DNA of 64,000 nt, from assembly GCA_016214345.1 (NCBI GenBank), contig JACROR010000009.1, forward strand, positions 66,447-130,446. Direction: 5' to 3'. The DNA comes from Candidatus Niyogibacteria bacterium. GTDB lineage: Bacteria; Patescibacteriota; Minisyncoccia; JACROR01. The position numbers were made by a program, and so were the translations under genes. The notes under the pieces are model-generated. The model made no database searches. It saw only the letters and a program-made list of their open reading frames with translations, and was not told the origin of the DNA. How positions within the stretch are numbered: position 1 is the stretch's first letter; every line of letters begins with the position of its first letter. Positions 38,014 to 46,654 of the stretch are shown one piece after another.

Positions 38014-38415
38014 ATGTTAAGCGTTTTTCCGCAGTTGTTCGCGTTTCAGATGCTGGCGCCATTTATTTTGCGACTTGTCTTGGGGCTGGTTTTCGTGGCG
38101 CACGGCTATCCGAAATTATTCAAGAATTTTTCGGAAACCGCCGGATTTTTCGGGATGTTGGGTTTAAGGCCGGCGAAGTTTTGGGTTTTGGTGGTTGGCG
38201 TGGTTGAATTTTTTGGAGGGATTTTATTGTTGCTTGGTTTGTTCACGCAGGCGGCGGCGGCATTGATAGCGATAGATATGATCGTCGCCATGTTATTGGT
38301 AAGCCGCAAAAAAGGATTCGTGGGAGGTTATGAATTTGATCTGGCATTGCTCGCCATGGCGCTCTCTTTGCTGGTTTTGGGTTCGGGCACATTCGCGTTC
38401 GACGTCATGTTTTAG
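38014..38415 (+). CDS. DoxX-family membrane protein
   Basis: DoxX-like 4-TM organisation, GLVFVAHGYPKLF. Confidence 0.7.
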   Translation: MLSVFPQLFAFQMLAPFILRLVLGLVFVAHGYPKLFKNFSETAGFFGMLGLRPAKFWVLVVGVVEFFGGILLLLGLFTQAAAALIAIDMIVAMLLVSRKKGFVGGYEFDLALLAMALSLLVLGSGTFAFDVMF

Positions 38416-38478
38416 CGATCGTTCATGTTATTAACAAAAAGCTCGCCAAACGGCGGGTTTTTTGCTATATTGTTTTTG

Positions 38479-39294
38479 ATGAAGGACACGGTCGTATTTG
38501 ATATAGAAACCAAAAAAAGTTTTGATGATGTGGGAGGCAGAGATCACATGGACCTTTTGGGCATATCCGTGCTCTGCGCTTATTCTTATAATAAGGACGC
38601 GTATTTCGCGTTCGAAGAACACGAAGTGAGTGGATTTAAAAAAATGTTGGATGAGGCGGATACTCTGATAGGATTTAACATTAAGGGCTTTGATATTCCG
38701 GTGATGGAGCCGTATATTCCGGCGGCTTCTTACAACTTGGCGGTTTTGGATCTGATGGACGATGTGGTGCGAGGCGCCGGTTTTCGTATCTCTTTGGATA
38801 ATTTGGCGGGCACGACTTTGGGCGTTAAAAAAAGCGCGGACGGTTTACAGGCACTCCAGTGGTATAAAGAAGGCAAAATAGACGAGATTAAAAAATATTG
38901 CACGCAGGATGTGCGGGTTACCAAAGAATTGTACGAGCACGGCAAGGCGCATGGGAACATTTCATTTTTTTCGCGCGATCAGATGAGGAAAATGGCTATT
39001 CCCGTATCTTGGGGAAGTCCGGCGCAAAAAGACGTTTCTTTCGTTTTGCGCGAAGCGCTTGCGGAGCGGCGGAGTGTGGAAATAGATTATGTCACCGGAA
39101 CCGCGTCTTCGTCTTCCGATGAACCGCGCAACACGCGTCTGGTGGACATTTACAAATTGAGCAAGGAAGTTTTTGAAGGGTATTGCCATTTGCGGCGCGC
39201 GCCGCGTATTTTTAAAGTTGACCGCGTCTTATCCGCTAAAATTACCGGAAATCCTTATGTTATAAAAGAGGATATTCAGGACTCTCTTTTTTGA
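38479..39294 (+). CDS. DEDD-type 3'-5' exonuclease fused to a C-terminal WYL-like domain
   Basis: Exo I VVFDIETK, Exo II LIGFNIKGFDIP, Exo III YCTQDVRVTKELY; C-terminal RSVEIDYVTG...RLVDIY...GYCHLRRAPRIFKVDRVLSAKIT (WYL-like). The ORF track opens at 38425; I chose the internal Met. Confidence 0.55.
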   Translation: MKDTVVFDIETKKSFDDVGGRDHMDLLGISVLCAYSYNKDAYFAFEEHEVSGFKKMLDEADTLIGFNIKGFDIPVMEPYIPAASYNLAVLDLMDDVVRGAGFRISLDNLAGTTLGVKKSADGLQALQWYKEGKIDEIKKYCTQDVRVTKELYEHGKAHGNISFFSRDQMRKMAIPVSWGSPAQKDVSFVLREALAERRSVEIDYVTGTASSSSDEPRNTRLVDIYKLSKEVFEGYCHLRRAPRIFKVDRVLSAKITGNPYVIKEDIQDSLF

Positions 39295-39319
39295 AAGAAA
39301 TACTTTAGTATAAAAGCCA

Positions 39320-39802
39320 ATGCATTTTTTATTCCATAATTTGAAACACGATTTTAGTTTCGCCGAGCTGATAGACGCGATAGTTTTTTATATTGACGAG
39401 AATCCGCGCGATCGTTATGAGATAGTGGTGGGTACGGATTCGCGGGCGGCGGAAAAAGTTTGTTTTGTGACCGCGGTCGGCGTTTGGCGCGTGGGGCACG
39501 GCGGCAGATATTTTTGGACCAAGTCTCCGGAATCGGCGTGTCCCATTTTGCGGGATCGTATTTACAAAGAAGCCATGCAATCCATCATGCTGATGCAGGA
39601 ATTAAAAAGCGCGTTGCGGGAACGTTTAGGGGAGGAATTTTTCTGGGATAATAAGATAACCGTACACATTGACGTGGGACAAAATGGCCCGACCCGGGAA
39701 TTCATAGACGGTTTGGTAGGCATGGTGAAAGGCTTCGGTTTTGAGGCCGCGATCAAACCATATTCGTTCGGCGCATCGATTTTGGCGGATCGGCATACTT
39801 AA
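39320..39802 (+). CDS. YkuK/DUF458-family RNase H-like protein
   Basis: IVVGTDSRAAEKVCFVTAVGVWRVGHGGRYF...ITVHIDVGQNGPTREFIDGL. Confidence 0.6.
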   Translation: MHFLFHNLKHDFSFAELIDAIVFYIDENPRDRYEIVVGTDSRAAEKVCFVTAVGVWRVGHGGRYFWTKSPESACPILRDRIYKEAMQSIMLMQELKSALRERLGEEFFWDNKITVHIDVGQNGPTREFIDGLVGMVKGFGFEAAIKPYSFGASILADRHT

Positions 39803-39838
39803 ATCCAGCACCTTTTTGTTACAAAAAGATGCTGGATT
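39802..39838. repeat. Fold-back hairpin AATCCAGCACCTTTTTGT-TAC-AAAAAGATGCTGGATT related to the TIRs of the 57.6-kb MITE-like element
   Basis: 18-bp stem with 1 mismatch; same ATCCAGCACC...TTTTGT motif at 57604 and 57692, decayed copy at 42664. Confidence 0.65.
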
Positions 39839-39922
39839 AAAAAATAATATTTGCATCCATTCAGTTGGAAAGTTATCAGGGCAGAAAGTTTATAAGGTCA
39901 CTAGTAAAATAAATTTAATTAC

Positions 39923-39995
39923 GCACCCATAGCTCAGTTGGTAGAGCAACTCCCTCTTAAGGAGATGGTCGTAGGTTCGAATCCTACTGGGTGCA
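39923..39995 (+). tRNA. tRNA-Lys (anticodon CUU)
   Basis: Manual cloverleaf: 7-bp acceptor GCACCCA/TGGGTGC, D-stem GCTC/GAGC, anticodon loop CU-CUU-AA, T-stem GTAGG/CCTAC with TTCGAAT loop; no encoded CCA. Confidence 0.85.
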
Positions 39996-40202
39996 TAAGA
40001 CAAGAAATTATGTTAAAATAATTGGAATCACATGAATCGAAACCGCAAAAGAACTCGGAGAAAAACATCGGCTCGAACCACATTTTAATTTTGGGGGAAG
40101 AAAATTTTTAATCATATAGCATCGATAACTCATACTAGTCAATTTCACCTACCCGCCAACTTTGTTCCACAGATCTTAAAAGCAACCAGATTTGCCTTTA
40201 AG

Positions 40203-40526
40203 ATGTTTTCGCCAATTATCATTCCAATTGTTGCGGTCGGAATTTTTGGCATTACGCTTAGAATAATTATAAACAGAATTCGTCAACTTCCGCTCGAACC
40301 CGGTGTCGGCTTTTTTGGTCGGCTCGTCAAGCAAAAAAAGTTAATTGCTTTTCTCCTCGCTACTATAAGTGCATTTTCCACTTGGCTTGCCCTACAACCG
40401 CCAGAATTTCAGCAAGCATTCATGTTGCCGATTCAGCTACTAACTGGTTTGGTTGTTTATGATAAGGCTCTTTTTGCACTTGCGACGACCTTGTTCGGAA
40501 TTGCTGTAGCCGCTCTATTTCTTTAA
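40203..40526 (+). CDS. Small membrane protein, hypothetical
   Basis: 107 aa, 3 predicted TM helices. Confidence 0.4.
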   Translation: MFSPIIIPIVAVGIFGITLRIIINRIRQLPLEPGVGFFGRLVKQKKLIAFLLATISAFSTWLALQPPEFQQAFMLPIQLLTGLVVYDKALFALATTLFGIAVAALFL

Positions 40527-40616
40527 AGTTTGCCGTTAAAGAAAAATAAGAATACAGCACCACATAAAAAATCACCCGTCTTGGATGGGTGATTTTTGTT
40601 TGCCGTGTTTTACGGC

Positions 40617-41714
40617 TTATTTTTTCGGAGAAGATTTTGGCGCTTTTTCCGGTTTCGGTTCCGGCTTTTCGTTGAGCCTTACCGTAACGAATTTGGTTTC
40701 GCCTTGGCGCATTATTTCCAAAACCACTTCGGTTCCGGGTTTTTGGAAAGAGATAAGGCGAGTAACGTCAACTATATTGCTCATCATCTGATCGTTCACT
40801 TTCAGGATAATATCGCCCTTTGTCAGGCCGTTTTTTTCCGCCACTCCGCCCGGAATGATAAATAGAGCGAGCGTTCCCGGAACCTTTTCGGGTAGTTTAT
40901 AGGCCTTGAAGTCATTGGACATTGTTTGGAAATTAAGATCGTGCAGAAAGGCGTAGTGCATGCCCAGATTGGCGCGCGTTACTTTGCCGCCCTCCATTAA
41001 TCTCGGTAAAAGTATTTTGAGATCACCGATTGGCACGGCCAGATTAATGCCCGTGATTTCTCCGTTTGTGGACAGGGTCATCATGTCAACTATTCCCACA
41101 ACTTGTCCTTGCCGGCTAATAAGCGGTCCGCCGGAAGAGCCAAAATATATGGGCGCGTCTGTTTGGAGAAAATAAGGATCATTATAATTATCTCCAAAAA
41201 AGAAAGTCGGATTTTTTGATACTATGCCCTCAGTGGCAGTCCACAAAGATCTGTTGGGATGTCCAAGGGCTATAATTTTTTGTCCGACCGGAGGATCTTC
41301 CCCGAGTTGTATGACGGGGAAATCAGTTCCTTGAATTTTAAGCAGGGCAACATCTCTTTGCGGATCAAAACCAATAAGGCTGGCTGGCTGGCAATTTTCG
41401 CGTTCCAAATCGCCATAGCGTTCTACCGCGTTTTCATAGAGGCAGGCTTGTATTGTGGAATCGGCGTGATTTACCACATGCCAGGCAGTTAAGATATATC
41501 CGTCTGTGGTTATTAAGAAACCGCTGCCATGGCCTCTTTCTTGGCTTTTAATGTTCGTAATGCCAATGAAAACTACGGCTTTTTTGGCTTCCGCGATGGT
41601 GCTCACTAATTGTTCATCGGTATTTGGCGCGTTTGCCACAGATGATTTTGGAGCATGCGCGCAGTCAACAAATTGCAATACGCAAATTAACAAGATGGTC
41701 AACAAATATCTCAT
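40617..41714 (-). CDS. htrA: HtrA/DegP-family serine protease with PDZ domain
   Basis: Catalytic triad context TAWHVV, GSSGGPLI; C-terminal PDZ. Confidence 0.85.
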   Translation of the reverse strand: MRYLLTILLICVLQFVDCAHAPKSSVANAPNTDEQLVSTIAEAKKAVVFIGITNIKSQERGHGSGFLITTDGYILTAWHVVNHADSTIQACLYENAVERYGDLERENCQPASLIGFDPQRDVALLKIQGTDFPVIQLGEDPPVGQKIIALGHPNRSLWTATEGIVSKNPTFFFGDNYNDPYFLQTDAPIYFGSSGGPLISRQGQVVGIVDMMTLSTNGEITGINLAVPIGDLKILLPRLMEGGKVTRANLGMHYAFLHDLNFQTMSNDFKAYKLPEKVPGTLALFIIPGGVAEKNGLTKGDIILKVNDQMMSNIVDVTRLISFQKPGTEVVLEIMRQGETKFVTVRLNEKPEPKPEKAPKSSPKK

Positions 41715-42073
41715 TACTTCCTCCTCACCATTCAGTTTTCAAAGTTCTTGTTTAAAAAAAATCCCAAGGCATTGCCCGGGTTTTTTGCATATTCAATTAA
41801 CCCCTTTCAGGATAGAGTCGTTCCCCTTACCCAGAAAGTCATTATTTCAGATAATGTATTGATGGTTATTATTCACACCAATGACATCGGCCAAATAATA
41901 GGCTTTGCCATATCATGCGCGCCCGTAGCGCGCAATGGCTTTCTGGGTGAGGGGTGCCCTTTCCTTCAGGTATTGTTGTTAAGCTTAGCAGGATGCGATT
42001 ATTTTTGTCAATAAGATAGAGTTTGATGCGGCATATGAATTAAAAAACGAATTTTTTGTGATAGAATGTATGT

Positions 42074-42637
42074 ATGGGAGAAATAATAGAGATCGGAAAA
42101 TTATTGGTTAAATTGATTTTGTTGCTGGCGTCGGCGGCGGCGATTTACGCCCTTGCCATGAGTTCAAGCATTATAATTAATCATAAAGAAAATATTATGA
42201 AAATTTCTAGTCCGATTTTTGAAGAAGGGGCGGCGATCCCGGAAAAATACACCTGTGACGGAGATGACGCGAGTCCGGCTTTGGAAATTTCGGGCGTTCC
42301 GGCGGGGACGCAAAGCCTCGCGTTGTTAATGGACGATCCGGATTCGCCTTCCGGCAATTTCGTGCATTGGACGATCTGGAATATTCGCGCGAATGAAACG
42401 GAAATTAAAGAGAATACAAAACCGGAGGGGGCGGTGGAAGGCGTTAACAGTTTCGGTAATATAGGTTACGGAGGACCGTGCCCGCATGCCGGTACTCACC
42501 GCTATTTTTTTCGGCTGTACGCGCTGGATAAGACGCTTGATTTATCATCCGGCGCGGACGTAGTGGCGCTAAAACAATCCATGGAGGGGCATGTATTGGC
42601 TGAAGCGAAATTGATGGGAAATTATACGCGGCGCTAA
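42074..42637 (+). CDS. YbhB/YbcL (PEBP/Raf-kinase-inhibitor-like) family protein
   Basis: DDPDSPSG...HWTIWN...GPCPHAGTHRYFFRLYALD. Confidence 0.75.
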   Translation: MGEIIEIGKLLVKLILLLASAAAIYALAMSSSIIINHKENIMKISSPIFEEGAAIPEKYTCDGDDASPALEISGVPAGTQSLALLMDDPDSPSGNFVHWTIWNIRANETEIKENTKPEGAVEGVNSFGNIGYGGPCPHAGTHRYFFRLYALDKTLDLSSGADVVALKQSMEGHVLAEAKLMGNYTRR

Positions 42638-42698
42638 ATTTTTCCGCTAAATTTTTAATAATAATCCAGCGCCTTTTTGTTACAAAAAATGCCGAATT

Positions 42699-43721
42699 TT
42701 ATTTCAACAACCCTTTTAATTCCAGAAATATCAATATGAACCATCCCAGTTGCAAGACGAAGAAAAGCACTAGCTGGATCACTTCCAACGCGTGATAGCG
42801 CGTAACGCTGAAATTTTCAGATACGATATTATATACATCTTCTATGGATTCCAATTTGTCTTTGATGATCGTCCGCCATTCGTCAAAGCGGAACATTTTG
42901 GCGAACATTTCGTATAATTTGGCGGAGTACCAATCGCCGATCAATTTAATTTCCCGTTCAATGACATCAAATTGCGAAATGGATTGCCCGCGCAAAGCTA
43001 TGACTTCTTTAAAGGCTTTTTCCATATCCTTGGTGCTCCATACCACAAGTCTGGTGTTCGGAGACTTTGCAATTAATTTTGAAGCCTTGGTAAGGCGTTC
43101 GGACAGATCTTGTTCCAAAATGCGGTAGCGAAGCAATTGTAGCGTGGCAATTTGAAATAGCTCTATATCCGATTGATATTCTTCGCCCGGTTCAAACATG
43201 AAAGCTCCGTCCCAGCCGATAATGGTGAGATCGTTTTGCGCGTATTTAATTTGATTTTGCACCGCATATTTTATTTCATATTCGTCCAACGCGATCCTTT
43301 CTGATTTTAAAAACCTTACTATGGCGGGGGACTGGTTGAAAAATTGTTCCGGATTTCCTTGATATCCTGATACCATGGCTACGGCATATTCTTCGCTCAT
43401 TTCAAAACTGCCGCCATGTTCTTTGCTTATTTGTTGGCAGGCATCTATCAATTTTTTCCGTAATTCAAAGGCTTCTATGGAAAAAACATCATCTATTTCA
43501 GTCGCGGCTTCTACCACTAAAATGTCCGGATGATAAGATTTGATGAGAAAATTGATATCTTTGCCGTCAATATTTTTCTTTTTTTGGCCGATGGTGTGTT
43601 GGGGCGGTATGGTGGTGGCAAAATAATGCGGCGCGCTCTGCGGCGGGAGCGTCATTACCAGCTCGCCCTTTTTGAGCTTGGAAGATTCAGCTAAAACAAA
43701 TGATATAAGCTTATGCGACAT
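42699..43721 (-). CDS. Hypothetical protein with C-terminal TM helix
   Basis: 340 aa; no confident family assignment. Confidence 0.3.
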   Translation of the reverse strand: MSHKLISFVLAESSKLKKGELVMTLPPQSAPHYFATTIPPQHTIGQKKKNIDGKDINFLIKSYHPDILVVEAATEIDDVFSIEAFELRKKLIDACQQISKEHGGSFEMSEEYAVAMVSGYQGNPEQFFNQSPAIVRFLKSERIALDEYEIKYAVQNQIKYAQNDLTIIGWDGAFMFEPGEEYQSDIELFQIATLQLLRYRILEQDLSERLTKASKLIAKSPNTRLVVWSTKDMEKAFKEVIALRGQSISQFDVIEREIKLIGDWYSAKLYEMFAKMFRFDEWRTIIKDKLESIEDVYNIVSENFSVTRYHALEVIQLVLFFVLQLGWFILIFLELKGLLK

Positions 43722-43772
43722 ATATCCTTATTTTAGCAAAATTCGGCCATTTTTGGAATTTTTAACACGGCG

Positions 43773-43813
43773 AAAACCAGCACTTGGAAGCTTAGCTTCC
43801 AAGTGCTGGTTTT
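43773..43813 (-). terminator. Strong hairpin (19-bp stem) acting as the rpmB terminator; member of the ACTTGGAAGCTTAGCTTCCAAGT repeat family
   Basis: AAAACCAGCACTTGGAAGC-TTA-GCTTCCAAGTGCTGGTTTT. Confidence 0.65.
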
Positions 43814-43928
43814 GGGAGTTTTATTCAATTCGGGCTGCGGAGAATCGGACTCCGTCCTCACCCACCCCAAGGGTGTGCGCTGCCGTTACGCTACAGCCCG
43901 TAAAACCTTGCTTGTTTAAAAAGCGCGG

Positions 43929-44153
43929 TTATTTTGCCGCCTGCCTACCGGACAGGCGGGCGCTTTTGATGTTCATTTGAAGATTTTTCTTTAAGCAACG
44001 CGTGCAGATCTTAATGCGTCCTCCCGAGGGAAGGCGAGCCCATTGCAAGTTGGGATATTTTCTTTTGTGCGGCGTGGGATTGTACTTTCCGCGTAGAAGA
44101 TTTCTTTTGCCTCCCATGCGGGAGCCTTTTTCACAAATGGCGCATTTAGTCAT
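43929..44153 (-). CDS. rpmB: 50S ribosomal protein L28
   Basis: MTKCAICEKGSRMGGKR...PNLQWARL...KICTRCLKK. The C-terminal tail (...SARLSGRQAAK) is encoded by a copy of the GCCTGCCT...AGGCAGGC palindrome. Confidence 0.75.
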   Translation of the reverse strand: MTKCAICEKGSRMGGKRNLLRGKYNPTPHKRKYPNLQWARLPSGGRIKICTRCLKKNLQMNIKSARLSGRQAAK

Positions 44154-44236
44154 AATGGAATTCAAATATTGCTAATAGATAGATATTTTATTATATGTAT
44201 TATATTATTTGTATACTGTATAATAATTCAAAATAA

Positions 44237-44872
44237 TTGTCTATGACTTCAGGTTTTGATTTTGTTTTTTCCGTAGCGGTGCTCATAATGTCCGTGGTGG
44301 TGCATGAAGTGTCGCACGGTTATGTCGCTTACCGGTTGGGAGACATGACGGCTAAATACGCGGGGAGATTGACGCTCAATCCGTTGCAACATTTGGATTT
44401 TTTGGGATCTTTTATCGTTCCCGCGGTGACTTATTTGATAGGAGGATTTATTTTCGGCTGGGCCAAGCCCGTGCCGTATAATCCTTATAATTTGAGCAAT
44501 CAAAAATGGGGACCGGCCTTGGTCGCTTTGGGCGGCCCCGCGGCGAATCTCTCCATTGCTTTGGTTTTCGGGTTGTTCGTGCGGTTTACTTTGCATAGCG
44601 CGTGGATCGTTTTGCCGACAGCTTTCATTCAGATAGTAACTTTGATCGTATTCATCAATATACTTTTGGCGGTGTTTAATTTGGTACCCATTCCGCCGTT
44701 AGATGGCTCTAAAATTCTTTTCGCGCTCATCCCTCACCGTTTACAATATATCACGGCATTTTTGGAGCAATACGGAATGTTTTTGCTGTTGCTCTTTATT
44801 TTCTTTTTTTGGAGCATGGTTTTGCCTGTGGTATTTTTCATTTTTCGCCTCTTGACCGGCATGGGGATTTAG
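44237..44872 (+). CDS. Site-2 protease / M50-family membrane metalloprotease (paralog 1)
   Basis: HEVSHGYVAYRLGD (HExxH); multi-TM. Confidence 0.75.
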   Translation: MSMTSGFDFVFSVAVLIMSVVVHEVSHGYVAYRLGDMTAKYAGRLTLNPLQHLDFLGSFIVPAVTYLIGGFIFGWAKPVPYNPYNLSNQKWGPALVALGGPAANLSIALVFGLFVRFTLHSAWIVLPTAFIQIVTLIVFINILLAVFNLVPIPPLDGSKILFALIPHRLQYITAFLEQYGMFLLLLFIFFFWSMVLPVVFFIFRLLTGMGI

Positions 44873-44950
44873 ATTGGCGATTGACGCGAAGCGAAATATT
44901 TCGTACAATACACCATAATTTAAGTTGACCTTTTACAATAAGGAGGATGA

Positions 44951-45604
44951 ATGTCGGTGACTGTATGCGTTATTTTCCTGGTTTTTATGTCTATTGTGGC
45001 GCACGAAGTGGCGCATGGATATGTTGCTTATCGGCTGGGCGATCCAACCGCTAAAATGCACGGACGCCTGACTATGAATCCATTGGCACATGTGGATTTG
45101 GTTGGCACGATTATTTTGCCGCTCTTCATGTATTTTACTTCCGGATTTATTTTCGGTTGGGCGAAGCCGGTGCCTGTTAATCCGCGTAATTTCAAAAATC
45201 CGGTGCGCGATTTCGGCATTGTAGGAGCGGCGGGTCCAGCGGCAAATATCGCCATAGCGGTGGCCTTGGGGATTTTTGCCAGATCCGTATTATTCTTTGG
45301 TTTGATGCCCCTAGGCACTGAAAGCCTGGCCGCAACGGCAATTGAAATAGCCTTTTATGTGGCCATGATTAATATTTTGTTGGCTTTGTTTAACCTAATT
45401 CCCCTTCCACCGTTGGACGGATCCAGAATACTTTTTGCCGTATTGCCGCAAAAATGGCAAAGCGCGCAGGATGTGCTGGAAAAATTCGGCATAGTCGGCA
45501 TGTTTCTTGCCTTCGGGATTATTTATTACTACTTTGAAGTTTTCCGATACGCAACTTACGAAATAGCAAGATTAATTTTCGGCTTCTACAGCTTTCATAT
45601 TTAG
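44951..45604 (+). CDS. Site-2 protease / M50-family membrane metalloprotease (paralog 2)
   Basis: HEVAHGYVAYRLGDPTA; ~45% identical to the upstream paralog. Confidence 0.75.
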   Translation: MSVTVCVIFLVFMSIVAHEVAHGYVAYRLGDPTAKMHGRLTMNPLAHVDLVGTIILPLFMYFTSGFIFGWAKPVPVNPRNFKNPVRDFGIVGAAGPAANIAIAVALGIFARSVLFFGLMPLGTESLAATAIEIAFYVAMINILLALFNLIPLPPLDGSRILFAVLPQKWQSAQDVLEKFGIVGMFLAFGIIYYYFEVFRYATYEIARLIFGFYSFHI

Positions 45605-45722
45605 TAACCTGATAAGATTTAAAACCCCCGTATCGGGGTTTTTCTTTTTGATTAATTTTACAGTATAAGGTTAACTGTACATAGAGTTGACGCTATTTTT
45701 TTATTTTGATAGAGTGGTTCGT

Positions 45723-46139
45723 ATGCCTACGATAAATCAGCTGTGTAAAACTAAACGGCAAGAAGTCAGGAAGAAGCCCAAAGCGGTGGCGCTTTTGCGC
45801 AGTTTTAATTTGTTGAAGAACCGGCCGAATTTTTACGCTTCGCCTTTCAAGCGCGGAGTATGCGTCAATGTAAAAACCGTAACTCCGAAAAAACCGAACT
45901 CCGCTTTGCGAAAAGTGGCGAGAGTGCGGTTGACCAATGGCATGGAAGTAACCGCTTATATTCCGGGAGAAGGGCATAATTTGCAGGAGCATTCCATTGT
46001 GATGATAAGAGGCGGCAGGGTTAAAGACTTGCCCGGAGTGAGGTATCATATCGTGCGCGGCGTTTTGGATGCCACGGGCGTGGAGAAAAGACGCCAAGGC
46101 AGATCTCGCTACGGCGCGAAGAGGCCTAAGAGTAAATAA
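45723..46139 (+). CDS. rpsL: 30S ribosomal protein S12
   Basis: MPTINQL...[19 protein letters not shown]...[17 protein letters not shown]. Confidence 0.95.
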   Translation: MPTINQLCKTKRQEVRKKPKAVALLRSFNLLKNRPNFYASPFKRGVCVNVKTVTPKKPNSALRKVARVRLTNGMEVTAYIPGEGHNLQEHSIVMIRGGRVKDLPGVRYHIVRGVLDATGVEKRRQGRSRYGAKRPKSK

Positions 46140-46145
46140 AAAATC

Positions 46146-46616
46146 ATGCGAAGAAAAATAAAAAATAAAAGAATGTTGGCCGCGGATCCGGTTTACGATT
46201 CCGAGTTGGCAGCCAAATTCATAAATATTTTAATGTGGGACGGCAAGAAATCAGTGGCGCGCCGCGCTTTTTATAATGCGCTGGAAGAAGTTAAAAAAAC
46301 CACCAAATTGGACAATCCCATGGCGATCATGGAGGAGGCCATCAAAAATGTTTCCCCTTCGCTTGAAGTTCGTTCGCGGCGAGTGGGCGGCGCCAATTAT
46401 CAGGTGCCTCGCGAAGTGAGGCGAGAGCGGGCGCAAACGCTCGCTTTCCGCTGGATCATCGGCGCGGCGCGTTCCCGCAAGGGCAAATCCATAGCTAACA
46501 AATTGGCGGAAGAATTTATTTTGGCCTCCAAAAACGAAGGCACGGCCATTAAAAAGAAAGAGGATACGCACCGCATGGCCGAAGCCAACCGGGCTTTCGC
46601 GCATTTTGCCTGGTAA
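46146..46616 (+). CDS. rpsG: 30S ribosomal protein S7
   Basis: Conserved S7 sequence and order. Confidence 0.95.
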   Translation: MRRKIKNKRMLAADPVYDSELAAKFINILMWDGKKSVARRAFYNALEEVKKTTKLDNPMAIMEEAIKNVSPSLEVRSRRVGGANYQVPREVRRERAQTLAFRWIIGAARSRKGKSIANKLAEEFILASKNEGTAIKKKEDTHRMAEANRAFAHFAW

Positions 46617-46654
46617 AAATTACTCAATATTTAATATAGGCGGCTTTATTATTC

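Noticed and set aside
38425-38478. Upstream start (MLLTKSSPNGGFFAILFL) for the exonuclease-WYL gene
   Set aside because: The extension is hydrophobic and abuts the doxX stop. The DEDD Exo I motif begins right after the internal Met at 38479, which is the usual N-terminal position for this family. The true start remains uncertain.
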